From Chrysomallon squamiferum (lineage: Eukaryota > Animalia > Mollusca), in assembly GCA_012295275.1 (NCBI GenBank), contig CM022675.1, positions 8,928,001 through 8,992,000 of the forward strand: 64,000 nt of DNA, read 5' to 3'. The translations under genes were made by a program, and so were the position numbers. The notes under the pieces were generated by a model. That model saw nothing but the letters and a program-made list of their open reading frames with translations, was not told the DNA's origin and searched no databases. Of the stretch, positions 1 through 41,575 are shown piece after piece; the first letter of the stretch is position 1, and every line of letters starts with the position of its first letter.

Positions 1-207
1 TTTTATTTTATTTTATTTTATTTATTTATTTATTTATTTATTTATTTTATATATGCTTATTTTTAATTTATTGTTTGCTTGATTGATTGATTCTGCATTA
101 TTTATTTTATTTTTTTATTTATTTTTTTATTTATTTATATATGCTTATTTTATTTTATTGTTTGACTGACTGATTGATTGATTGATTTTGGATTATTTTA
201 TTTTATT

Positions 208-238
<31 letters not shown>

Positions 239-256
239 TTTTTCTATCTATTTCAG

Positions 257-28067
<27,811 letters not shown>

Positions 28068-29601
28068 TCGACTGTGTCCTCATCGTCATCCACCACCACG
28101 TTTCTGCATCATTTCTGTGTACTGTGTGTGTTGTGCATCTTCGAACGTTTTTCATCAATAAGTGATGTACAAGAAGCTGAAATTGTCCGTTTAAGAAAAA
28201 ATAATAATAATTAATAATTGTTATAATCATTTAATTTTTTTGTATTTGTGTCGGAGTATTTGATAAAAACAAGTTTATGCTAGAAAAAAATGAAGATTTG
28301 TGTTTTTAAGAATAATGATTAATTATTTTTTTTTATTTTATTATTTATTTTTTTTTTTTTTTTGTGTTGTTCAAGTCAGAATGTACTTCAGTATAGCTAA
28401 CCACCAGAAATTTATAATTTTATTTTTTTTTTTTTTTAAATTTTAACAAATATATATTTATATATATATATATATATGTGTGTGTGTATATAATATATAT
28501 GCACATGCATTCACACATACTTACATACTTATAGTTAAGTGCACTTAAGTTGAATTTATTTTTTTTCTTCATTAAAGAATTATTGTCTTGTTTGTTTTAT
28601 TTGTGGCCCAAGAATATTTGTGCATGATTTTAATTTGTCTTCAGTAAAAGATACCAAAGTATGTGAATACATCTGTCTAGAATTTTCTTTAACTAATTAA
28701 ACTAGACATTAAAAATCTTATAACAGAAAAAATGAGAAGGGAAAAGTTACTTAAACCTGGAATTTATGTACAAATCAGCTTTTTATGCATTTTCTTCAAG
28801 AAAAACAAAATCATTTATGTTCACTGTCATTGTTATTATATTCAGAATTGATTTAAAAGTCAATTTAATACATTTTACTTCATCTAAAATATAAATATGA
28901 AAAAATCCAACAGAATCTCATTGTTACTTAAAAGTAAGGAAGTTTTTTAAAACTCACTATGATCATTTTTTTTTTTCAGTTTTTTATTTCATTTTCATTT
29001 ATCAGAGAAACCAAACTTTACTTGTTTTTTTCACTCAGAAATTTGAGTTATCCTTTTCATTTTCACTAACAAGCAAATATAAACTGAGTTATTTTTTCAC
29101 TCAGAAATTTGTTACTCATTCACTGAGAAAATGTATTATTTATATCCTGTAACTGAGTTATTTTTCACTCAGAAATTTCAGTTACTCATTCAATGAGAAA
29201 ATGTATGTAAAACAGAAAGCAAAACTTTTTTTTTTTCACTCCCAAATTTGAGTTATTCTCATTAATCATTTCATGAATGAAGGGAGGCAATTCTACAAAA
29301 AAAAAAGAAGAAGAAAAACGTTAATTTATAATACTAAAGACTTTTATGAATACAACAATCAAAGAAGTTACTCATCTTTTCAAAGAATTTTCTCAGAATT
29401 TTCCACAGTCAGTTTTAAACATTTTACTAATGATTATGAATATACAATATGCAAACTAAAAATTAATCTGATGTATAGGGTCATATTTAATAATGTTCAG
29501 CACAATATTTTGAAGAAAATAGTTTTGATCTGACTAAATATTAAATTTTGGGGTGTAGTATTTCTTTTCTTTTCTTTTTGCTTGTTTGTTTGGTTATTTG
29601 T

Positions 29602-29642
<41 letters not shown>

Positions 29643-31122
29643 TTTTTATTTTTATTTATTTATTTATTTTGCTCTTAAGGTTAGTGAATTTTTTAAAGGT
29701 TAGTGATAATTTCTTCTTTAAAAAAAAAAAAAAAAAAAATTATTATTATTATTATTAATAAAACATTAATACTATTATCTTATTTGTCTGCCATTATAAT
29801 AGAGTGATGTTGATTGGTCAGTTATTTGTCCAATCAGATGAGACCTAATAACTGTCAATCAAATTATGAATAAACATAATGAAAATGTATAACTTGTATT
29901 AATACTATTTTCTAAACAAAGTACAGTAATTTCATTTCAGGTTTATATTATTGTCTTGTTATTAGATAAAATTAAGCAAAAGAAAAAAAAAAACTTTAAT
30001 AATTATGAATATACATGCAGTAGTAAAAGGGCATAAATTTAAGTAGATTTGGTTATGTAATTATTATAACAATTGTGTTTACGTTAATTTTGTAATTATT
30101 ATTTAATGATTATTTCTATTTTTAAATCTTTGTGAACATGATTGAGATAAAGGTTTTACAATCATGAATCTCAAATTTTTGAAAATTAAAAAGTTTTGAT
30201 TCAGTTATATCCATTATCAAAGTGTAATAATATATTTAAAAATTAATTTTATGTTTATAAGTTTTCTAAAACTTTCTCGTAATAAATAAATAAATAAATA
30301 ACTAAATAAATAAATAAATAAAATAAATTTAGGACATTGCTTCTGGGTTTAAATATTATTATTTTTTTTTTTTAAATAAATCTAGTCATCTGTTCATCTA
30401 TTCATAATTGTTAAAAATAATTTTCACCGTAACTAAAATGTTTTTACCACAAAATTTAAAAATATATTTTTGCTTCAAGTGTCACAATATATTTTTTTTC
30501 CTTTCTTTTTGAGTACTTCATTTACATTTTGTAATCTTTATCTTAATTTTCTTTTTCATTTAAATATAAACTACACATTTTCATTCTTCCCAAAATAATA
30601 TTTTTTTTATTTACCACAAGAGAAAATAAAAATATCATTCATCACTGGAGGATGAGACATAAACATTATTGGTAACAACAGATAAAAACTGTCAAAATTA
30701 TTTAATAACAATAAACATATAATTTTTAAAATTTTTCCTCAAAGTCACAAATCTTGCTGGGCTGTTGTTTCAAAGCAGACGACCCATAAAAGTTGTTTAG
30801 TTTCTTATTTAATTTCAAATCCTGTTAATGTAGCCATTTTCTGTGCCTCATTGTAAAACATTATTTATTTTATTTAATATCTGGTTGTGTGTTGTCTTGT
30901 ATTTATTAATGTACTGTCCCAAACTTTTCTTTTCCGTCGTTTCTATTTATTTATTTATTTATTTATTTTTTGTTATTGTTAATATATTTTTTTATTATTT
31001 ATTTATTTAACGTTTTGTCTTCAGTTTTAATTCAAAATAAGTTTAAAGTATATAGAGAAATTCAAAACTGTTTTATCATTTATTTAATTATGGATTTATA
31101 AAAGATATTTACAGATTCTTTT

Positions 31123-31159
<37 letters not shown>

Positions 31160-31230
31160 TAGTTACTTGTATTTTGAAACAAGGTCAACAACTTAATAAA
31201 TATTTTAAATATCAATATTTTTTCACTCCT

Positions 31231-31270
<40 letters not shown>

Positions 31271-32377
31271 ATCTAAATTTTAATACAAAGAATAGAAAAG
31301 TTTGGTACATTCTGTTGATTGTTCATAAGCTGTACATTTGCCTTTTAAAATAATTTTTTGTATTGTTAATTCCTTATACACCACACACAAAAAAAAAAAA
31401 ACCTTTTTGTTTTGTTTTCCTGTTTTCTGTTTAATCATTTCTCCCTCATTTAATGAGAAAATATGTCAGTGATTATGAGAGAGGGTTGATTGTTTGTACA
31501 TTTATTTTCATTTACAATAATTATTTTTCATCATATTTCATAGAATACCATCTTTTCAGTCATTGAAAGGGAATCGAGATGACTCAAAAAATCGAAAAAG
31601 ACTGAGTCTTCTAAATCTTAAAAGACTGAGTCTTGAGTAATTGCTGAAAATTGAATCTTCACTAATATTATAAGACTGGCTTTGAAGGCGTTTTACATAA
31701 TATTAAAGACTGAGTCCAAAAAAAAAATGTACTTAAAAAGATTGAATATATAATAAGACTGAGTCCTGTATTAAATAACTGAGTTACCATTTTGAATTAA
31801 TCGTAGGTGTGCAATTTTTCAGTATTATATATTATATTGTTGGTTTTTTTCACCAGTTACCATACATATAAAATAACTTACACATATAACCTTTTCTATT
31901 TTTATGTTTTTTTGTTTTTATTATTATTATTATTCTTTACTGGAATCAGTTTTCTTAAAATATTAAACGCAACTTTTACATTGTCAGAACCTGCCTACAG
32001 TGACTCAGTCTTTTAGTGACATTTAAGACTCCAGTAACCTTTAGATTATCTTGACATCATCATCATCATCATCATCTCATTAATTTTACTGTCTTTGAAT
32101 TTTTTTGAATTCTAAATCAACCAAAGCAAAGAAATACAAAAATAAAAATAATAATTATGAATGCTTTAAGAAGACATTTTGTATGACTGGTGTTTGAATA
32201 TTCATGTTTCGTGTGATGGTGCATAATAATAATATATATATATTTTTTTTCCTTGTTGTCATTTGATGGCTGTTACTGATGTTTTAGAGGTACATCTGAG
32301 TCATACTTTAATCTCAGTAGATGATGGACCACATTTCTTTTTCTTTTGTATAAATTGATTGTACATTTACACAATTT

Positions 32378-32383
32378 AATAAA
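32378..32383 (+). terminator. Candidate BAZ2 polyadenylation signal
   Basis: AATAAA preceded by TGTA motifs (tttgtataaat, ttgtacattt) and followed by GT/T-rich sequence. It would imply a 3' UTR of about 4.3 kb. AATAAA is common in this AT-rich DNA, so the call is tentative. Confidence 0.4.
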
Positions 32384-33580
32384 GGTGTTTAAAGTTAAAT
32401 GTTTTTATCTGTCAGTATATTTGTGTATCCATTTATGTCTCTGCTTGTCTGTGTATCTATTTCTTTTATATCTGTGTACATTTATCTACATATTCTACTC
32501 ATTTATATATGTGTATCTCTTTTTGCAGACCTGTTTGTAAGGCTTGAATACAAATCATAAAGATTTTACTGATGATAATAACCAAGACCATCATCATTAT
32601 CATCATGTGAACATCACAATCATTGTTATGTGATCATTGCAATCATTATTGTGATCATCAGTCATTATCATCATGTGATCATCACAGTCATTACCTGGCA
32701 ACTGTTTACATGGCCATGACCTTTGCTAATACCTTACATCATTATTCTTCTGAAAACAATGTTGATACAAATCGTGGTAATATCCTGAAATACACACTTT
32801 GTAGCTGATTTTCAGTTACACCATAATGATGGTTTTCACACTGAAATTGAACAATCTCCATAATAAATACATTTAAAAATCAAACTTTTTTTTTTCTCCT
32901 ATCCTTTTTACAGATCAGTTCTATCTTGTATAGATCAGAAGTTATATAAATTTAATAATAACCCTGTTTTTTTTGTTGTTGTTTTTTTTTTTTTTTAAAC
33001 TTGAATAACACAAATAAGATATAATATTTTAATGTTAATGGTTTTTATTTTTCTCATGAACTGTCAACATCACTGTAAAGTGAACACTGACATTCATAAC
33101 AATAACACAGAAATAATGTTCTTTGAAAACAAACAGCACAGGTTTCCAATTTCTACAATTGATATTCTCAGGTTCACAAATATCCAAGAAAAAAAAAAAA
33201 TAATAATAAAATTAAAAAAAATATATTAAGAAGGTAAATAAGCTATATGTAACAGACTAAAACAAAAACACAATTTTTTTTTTTTTTTTTTTTTTTTTTA
33301 AAGTGAACAGAAGACAGCCATTGACAATGCTGGTGCTTAAATGAAATGGTGGAAAAAAACAAATTCAGAAAATTGGTTTTTTTTTTTGGTTGTTTTTTTT
33401 TTAAAAGGAGAAAAGCCAGAACAACATTCCAAAATTTTAAGAATTTCTGAAACATTGCAGTATCTGATGTACATGTATTTATATATGAGTGGACAGGGCA
33501 ATGAAGACTGAGTGTTCATCTGTTTGTATGAATGTGTATCTCTGTGTATGTACATAGGTATGTATGTAAGTGTGTGTATT

Positions 33581-33620
<40 letters not shown>

Positions 33621-34694
33621 TATGTATGTATATGTCTGTTTATGTGTGCATGCAATTTTTACAAAAGCATTTTAGATTCATAGGTAACTGATATAAAAAA
33701 ATGTTTGCTACTTGTTCAATCAAATGGATGTATATAATTTCGTAAACACTCAAAAAAATAAATAAAAATAATAATAACAACTTTTCAGTAACCACAAAGA
33801 ACAAACAAAACATGAGAGAGAAAAACACAAATCTCGGATATTTCTTATCAAAAATTCATTTCTAAGTATAACCTGCCAAATATTTTAATTTTCATAAACA
33901 ACAATAAAGTAAATACAAAAAAACAACATCATAATAAATAAATAAATTAATTAATAAATAAATAAATAATAATAAAAAAGTAATAATAATAATTATTATA
34001 ATAAATAAATAAATAATTTAAAAATAGAAGAAAATTAACACTATTTAACATTCATAAACACTACAGACAACAAAATTAAATGCCTATACAAGATTCACTC
34101 ATAATAAGATTTTTAAAACTTGCATTTTTATTTTTTTAACCAGATCTCTTCCTCAAATTTGAATCCTCCTGTGAAAGGAGGTTTTAGAGATATTTGAGGA
34201 AGATTTCTGGTTTCTGAGATATATTATTATGTAAATATATTATTATTTAGCATCATAAGTATAATAAATCAGAGATTCAGAGTGTTGGGAATTGTTTTTA
34301 TCTGTAAACTTACATAGTCTGTCTCTGTTTCTTTATCTCTGTCTCTTTCTGTCTCTTTCTCTCATTCATCTCTCAAAACATTGTCATAGATTCTTATTTT
34401 TGAAAATTTGTTTTAATTTATTATTACAGATACCTGTAGTTGTAGTAGTAGTAGTAGTAGTGATGGTGGTGTGATATTATTTGTAATTCAAATAGTTGCC
34501 ACTGTAGTTGTAGTAGTAGTAGTAGTAGTAGTAGTAATAATAAAAAGAGATAATGGTAGTAGTAGTAGTAGTGGTAGTTGTTGTTTTTAGCAATAATGTA
34601 CATATTAATATTTTTAAATAAATGTCAGAGCAATGAAAAAACAAAATGTGAAAGCAAGAGTTTCCACAATCTTTGAACCAACAAAACAACATAC

Positions 34695-34740
<46 letters not shown>

Positions 34741-34914
34741 ATTTTTATAAATTATAACAATGAACATTCATAAAATAAATATTAACTTTCATGAAATTAC
34801 ATAAATTAAACTATCAAACAAATCATAAAATTACTCTAAGGCAGAACAAAGGCACGAGAAAATTAGAAAACTACAATTATGCTAATTTGTTATTATTTTC
34901 ATGTTTGATAAATC

Positions 34915-34965
<51 letters not shown>

Positions 34966-35070
34966 CTGAAAAAACAAGTTGTCTCCCCTTCTTCATGTAA
35001 TTGTTAACAAAAAAGGTAACTTCCAAAACACATGACACACAAACACACACACACACACAAAAACACACAC

Positions 35071-35101
<31 letters not shown>

Positions 35102-35192
35102 ATTAAAAAACCCCACCAAATTAATTGAGGTATGAGAAAAACTTATATTCTTATTCTGATAGAATGAGACACGAAAGGAATTTTCAAAAAAT

Positions 35193-35223
<31 letters not shown>

Positions 35224-35258
35224 TTCTCTCAAATAAAAGTTTTAAATAAATGTAGATT

Positions 35259-35335
<77 letters not shown>

Positions 35336-36147
35336 GCTATACTGGAAATTACAAATCCATTTTAATTGAAATAAAAAATAAAAAATTATATTTCTCGACA
35401 GCATTACTGAATGAAAATTATGAACATTATTAATCTGACAAACTTTAATTGGTAAAGAAAGTGTCTAAAAAGAATTTGTTTTATATATTAATGAAACAGT
35501 GCACCATTGGAAATTAAAAATAATTTTCATTTCATTCGTAATTCTTCGTAACAAGTTTAAAAGCTAAAATGATAAATGGACACAGGAATACAATTTTTTT
35601 TTTTTTTTTTTCGCAGACTTTCTTTTCAAAATATATTGTTTCAACATAATAATGAATGGAAATACAAATCTTAAGGTTTTTTTTTTTTTTTGTAATCAGA
35701 CATTCAAATAAACTGTTTTAATATAATAATGAAAGAAAACACCAATCTTAAGTTTTTTTTTTTTTTTTTTAAACAGACAATTAAGTAAGCTGTTTAATAT
35801 AATGATGAATAATAATAACTACTAGAAGTTATATGGAAATATGTTAAAAAGTGAAAAAATGATAACTAGTATAAATGGGAATCTTCTTATGAAAACATGT
35901 ACATTTGTAATACCATGGGAAGGCTAATTTAAAATTATATGCTTACAAACATACACTCATACACATACACAGATATGAAATTAAACACACACACACTCGC
36001 ACACAAAATACAACAAATAACAACACACGCATATCAAATAAAAGGATAATATAAAATTATAGAATAAAACGAAACCAAAAAAATAACAATAACAATAATA
36101 ATAATAATAATAATAATGATAATAACAACAACAGTAACAAATAAACA

Positions 36148-36192
<45 letters not shown>

Positions 36193-36214
36193 CATAATAA
36201 TAATAATAATAATA

Positions 36215-36503
36215 CAGGTTAATGATCCCATATCTGAAATTTCGAGCATGTGAACATTTTCCAAGAGGCTGAAACACTTATAGCTTACAATTTTCAGACT
36301 TTTTTTGTCTATACTAATTTTTTATGCACAAAATTATTAAAAAAAAATATTATATAAAATAATCCAGCAGACTATTTGTACAAGCTATATATGACATATA
36401 AATGGATTTAGACTTAGATTCTGTTCTCTGGTTTTCTCCTTGTACCCCAAAATAAAAAAAAAATAAAAAATTGAAATCCTGAAATACTTCTGGTTTTCAG
36501 CAA
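36215..36503 (+). mobile_element. Decayed MER2/Tigger-like non-autonomous DNA transposon
   Basis: Starts ta|CAGGTTAATGATCCCATATCTGAAAT. Internal segments atgcacaaaattattaaaaa..atattatataaaat, tttagactt and gaaatacttctggt resemble the MER2 consensus as I recall it. The right end is lost in (AAT)n. Confidence 0.6.
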
Positions 36504-36537
36504 TAATACTAATAATACTAATGACAATAGTAATAAA

Positions 36538-36587
<50 letters not shown>

Positions 36588-36788
36588 AATATATATATAT
36601 ATATATATAAAAAAATCAGATTCCACTGATTTTAAAAAAAGTAATTCATAATTATTTTTTTAACCTCACAAATTACAACAACGAAATACGAAAAAAAAAA
36701 AAAAAAATCTGACATACAAATTCTTCAAACAAGGAGAAACAACAGACATTTGCAATAATAATAATGACTGATAGCAAAATCAGATATT

Positions 36789-36823
<35 letters not shown>

Positions 36824-37534
36824 TGATGACCTATAACATAAAATGTGTAAAAAAAAACAAACACAAAATTTAGCATTGTGATCAACACAAAACTAATTTT
36901 TCTAACGATATGCTTAACAAAACAATTAAAACATCAAATCTTATAAAGATGAAAGTCAAGATTTTTATATATTATGAATGTATTTAAAAATATATATATA
37001 TATATAAAATCTTCAAAATTTAAGGTCGATATATTCTGTCAAAGATAGGTTAAAAACAGAGAGGCCCCCAAAAATGAGTGTAATAAAAAAAAAATTCTGC
37101 TCCATTTTGTGAAAAATTTAGCACTTTGAGTTATTTTTTCTTTTTTATTATTATTATTATTTTAATTTATTATTTAAAAAACAGTTAAAAATTTATCATT
37201 ATAATTTATCATTCTGTAAATTTTCTGAAAATTAGACATAATAAAAAGAATTATGCTAAAATTCATAAAAAAAAAAAGTATGAAATAATCTGTAAATTCT
37301 TCATTTTAAATTAATAATAATTATTAAATATTTATAAAAGTCTATAAATAAAGGATTTTTTTTCAAATTTTGTAAGAAATAAATTCATTAATATATTAAA
37401 ATGATCTGGTGTATATTTTTGTATAATAATAATAAGAAGAAGAAGAAGAAGAAGAAAAAGAAGAAGAAATAATCAAAATAAATAATAATAATAATAATGA
37501 TGATAATAATAATTAAAAAGTAAAATATTATAAA

Positions 37535-37745
37535 AACCAACTGTCTTAATTACACATCTGTACAATCAGACACCTGACTTTGATGGACATCAAAGCAACC
37601 TGTACTTTGAGACCACCTGTATATACCAACAATGTTTGAAGCAAAATATTTCTTAAAACGTTCTAAATACATCAACAAATTATTATATCTATGTACTACA
37701 ATAACCTGAGCATAACAGCCACCTCTATTAGCAGACCACCTTTTT
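37535..37745. mobile_element. Possible decayed pogo/Tigger-type MITE fragment
   Basis: Repeated subterminal-type motifs agacacctg, agaccacctg, agccacctc and agaccacct. No intact TIR pair seen. Confidence 0.3.
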
Positions 37746-38641
37746 AAATCAGTATTTTAATTAAAATGACAAAAAATTCTTGTCTTTATGATTGGTTTGT
37801 TTTGCTTTGTTTTTAAGAGAAAAAGAAATTATTGAAACTATTGATTAATGAAAACAGAGAAAAATGACAAAAATGCTGATAAAGCTCTTTTCATAAAAAG
37901 AAAGAAAAAATTCACAATGAATTTTCTTTTCAGTTTCACTTTCAAATTTCTGCATTCCATTTTTTTTCTAGGAAAAGTCTTCCATCATTCTAGAATATTT
38001 CATAATTTTGTGACAAATGTAAAACAAAAAAAAAAAAAAAAAAAAATCCAATTCTTTTGCAAACAGAAATTGTAATTTGTTAGATTTCCACTTTCTTTTT
38101 TCCCATTTTCCTCAAATCTTCATATCCTTCTTAACATCTTTCTTCAGTTTAAAATATAAAAAGTTCTTTGAGTCAATAACAAACAAACTTTTGTTTTTAA
38201 ATTTCAGAAGTTGCATTTCCATATACTTTCACTTTCATTTTCAAATATCTGCTAACTTCTGAAAACAAATCTTCATTTTTCTTCTTTTAAAACCAAAATC
38301 ATCTTTCCTCAAGTCATAAACATTTTCTGTAAAACTTTTTACATTTACTTTGCATGATTTTAGAGAAACAGCAGCCATTAGCATCAATAAAACTGTGAAA
38401 ATGCACAATTTTCACACATAATCTAAACTGTCCGTAATTCTGTTATTCTGAAATATTTTTGAAAATCATTTTACACACGAAATTCTCGTGAAACTGAATC
38501 CTGGTTTATATCCATTCGAAACGTTAATTTTGGAAATTCCTTATAGAGAAATATTTATCACGTATGTATATATGTAATTATATATACGTGTGTGTGTGTG
38601 TGTGTCTGTGTGTGCATTAGTGCGTGCATGCATGTTTTCTC

Positions 38642-38675
<34 letters not shown>

Positions 38676-39002
38676 TTAATATTTATCTGTATATCTGAAA
38701 TGTGAACATCAATAAAATATTAGTATCAAACCAATATATCTCAAAATTAACACATTACTAAACTTTCACAAACACAGAGTAACAAAACCCATCTGTTTTT
38801 TTAGAAACATCCAAATTTTCCAAATTTTCACATTCTTGACATCTCTCCTTCCAAATTCATCAATAATTTTTCAGAAGAGAAATTTTAAATTTACACTTAA
38901 ACTAATTCGCTGGAGCCACTCAATATCCTGGAAAAAAAATTATATTCCTCGTTTGGATGTCATTTTCTAATCCTTTAGAATCTTTGCTTCTTTTTTTTAA
39001 AT

Positions 39003-39367
39003 TCACTTTTTACTTCTTCCTTGCGCTAATAACAAACTATCTGCATCCAAAGGAACGTAAGTCACTGTAGTTGTTGCTGGTGCAGCGACAATGTGTGGCG
39101 CTGTTGCTGCTATGATATGTGGTGCTGTTACGACGTTGGCAACCTGTGGCGATTCGGAAATGGGAAGATTGACAATTGACGATGCTGAACCAGATTCTAA
39201 CACAACTGAAAAAAAAAAAATTGAAAATAATTTTAAAATATTTGTTATAATAATAATAATAATAACAATAATAGTGATAATAACAACAGTAACAACAATA
39301 ATATTGTCAAAAATAGCAACAACAACAACAATAATAATAATAATAACAGTAACTATAATTATTATGG

Positions 39368-39411
<44 letters not shown>

Positions 39412-41542
39412 TCAAATACTTTTTAAAATAATAAAATATAGATGCAATAAAAAATATTTTTAAAATCTTTTTTATGAAAAACTAATTTTATAAAGTAATT
39501 AAAATAAATTATAGTAAAAATTATATTTTTCATTTTATTTTTTAAAGTAATTATAAATGAACTAAATTTAAAAAAAATAAAACCTATATTCATAAGAAAC
39601 AACAACAATAACAACAATAATAATAAACAAAATAAATAAATTAATAAAAATACGAAATATAAAATAAAAGATAATCAAATAAAATAAAATATAATCTTTT
39701 TTTCCCAGTTGTAAAATGATCAGATCTATAAGAAACAAGCTTTTTAAAAATGCCTTCAAAATGACCAGGACACTTATATAATTTAATCCAAACTGTTCAC
39801 CAAACCCACAAAAAATTCTCAGATATTTTTCACCAATTAACACCCCCCCAAAAAGGAATAAAATTAGTTTTTTTCCCCATCCAATCTCTATTCATTAACA
39901 AGTATAGCCACAAAAAAGACCAAATAAAAATATCTTGGGTGCTACTAAAACAAACCTATACATAATGAAATAAATCACAAATCTGACCTTGACCTCACGA
40001 TTCATAAATATTAAAAAATATCTGGATGACACTAGGACCGTTAACACCAAATAAAATAACACCTTTTATAAGTGTAAAGAATTTGTTTTTTTATTAAACA
40101 ATTTATTTATACCCTGACAGAAACATTTCAAAATTGACCTGCGATGTTACCTGAGATCTGACTCTGGCCCTGTGATTTCTGCTGCAGTGTGATTGGACAG
40201 TCTTTGTGAGCCAACAGCAACGTCTTCAGCTGAGCCACTTCTGTTCGCAGCACGTTCACCTCTGTCTGAAATAAACAGTTTAAAAATAGTGTAATAATTC
40301 TAGATAGTTGTCTGTCTGTCTGTCTGTCTCTGACTGTCTCTCTGTCTCTCTGTCTCTCTCTATCTCTCTCTGTGTCTCTCTCTCTGTCTCTCTCTGTCTC
40401 TCTCTCTCAATATAAAAATTACCTGTAACCGGGTGTTTGTGTTCTGAAGTTCGTCAGCCTTTCTTTCTAGATTTGAGATCCAGTGTTTTCTTTTCATTCT
40501 ACACCGGGCTGCTGCAGCTCTGTAACAATAACAATAACAATAACAATAACAATAACAATAACAATAGCAATAGCAATAACAATAACAATAATAACAATAA
40601 TAATAATAATAAGTATTAATAATAACAACAGTATTATTAATAATAACAGTATCAGTAACAAAAACGATAATAACACTGATAATTTTACACACACAAACAC
40701 ACACACACAGACACACATATGTCACGTTATTTTTCAATTTCTCAGGCAAAGTTTTAAAATTAAAAGTTTTACCTGTTTCTTTCTAAAAATTTACGTCTTC
40801 TGTCGTCTGCTTCATCATCATTTCCTGATTTTGATCTTTTTCTGAAGGGGAAAAAAAAGAATTAAAAAAATAAATAGATATAAAAATATGTTATATTTCA
40901 GACCTGAAATTTGTTTGGTTTAAATAAAGATTTTGTTGTGTACTCTAAAGTGTAAATATTCTTGTTAAATCTTGTTGTATACTTTACTGTTTAATAGATT
41001 TTATTTTACACTTCACTCTTTAAATTGGATTTTATTTAATACTTCATTTAACACAGATTTTATTGAATACTTTCCTGTTTAATACAGATTTTATTTTGCT
41101 TTTCACTGTTTAATATAGATTTTATTGTACACTTAACTGTTTAATACAGAGTTTATTGTACACTTCACTGTTTAATAGAGTTTATTGTACACTTTACTGT
41201 TTAATACAGATTTTATTGTACACTTCACTGTTTAATATAGATTTTTTTTAATACTTCCTTGATTAATTGAGATTTTATTGTATACTTTACTGTTTAATAC
41301 AGATTTTCTTGTACACTTAGTTGTTTAATACTGGTTTTATTGAACACTTTACTGTTTAATATAAATTTTTTCTTGTACACTTAGCTGTTTAATACAGATT
41401 TTCTTGTACATGTCACTGTTTAATATAAATTTTATTATATACATCTTGAGAAAAAAATTCTATTTTATATTCATATTTGTATTTTTACTGTTTATTTTAC
41501 CATTTATTTCATTAATTACACTTACAGAATTATAACAGTGTG

Positions 41543-41575
<33 letters not shown>

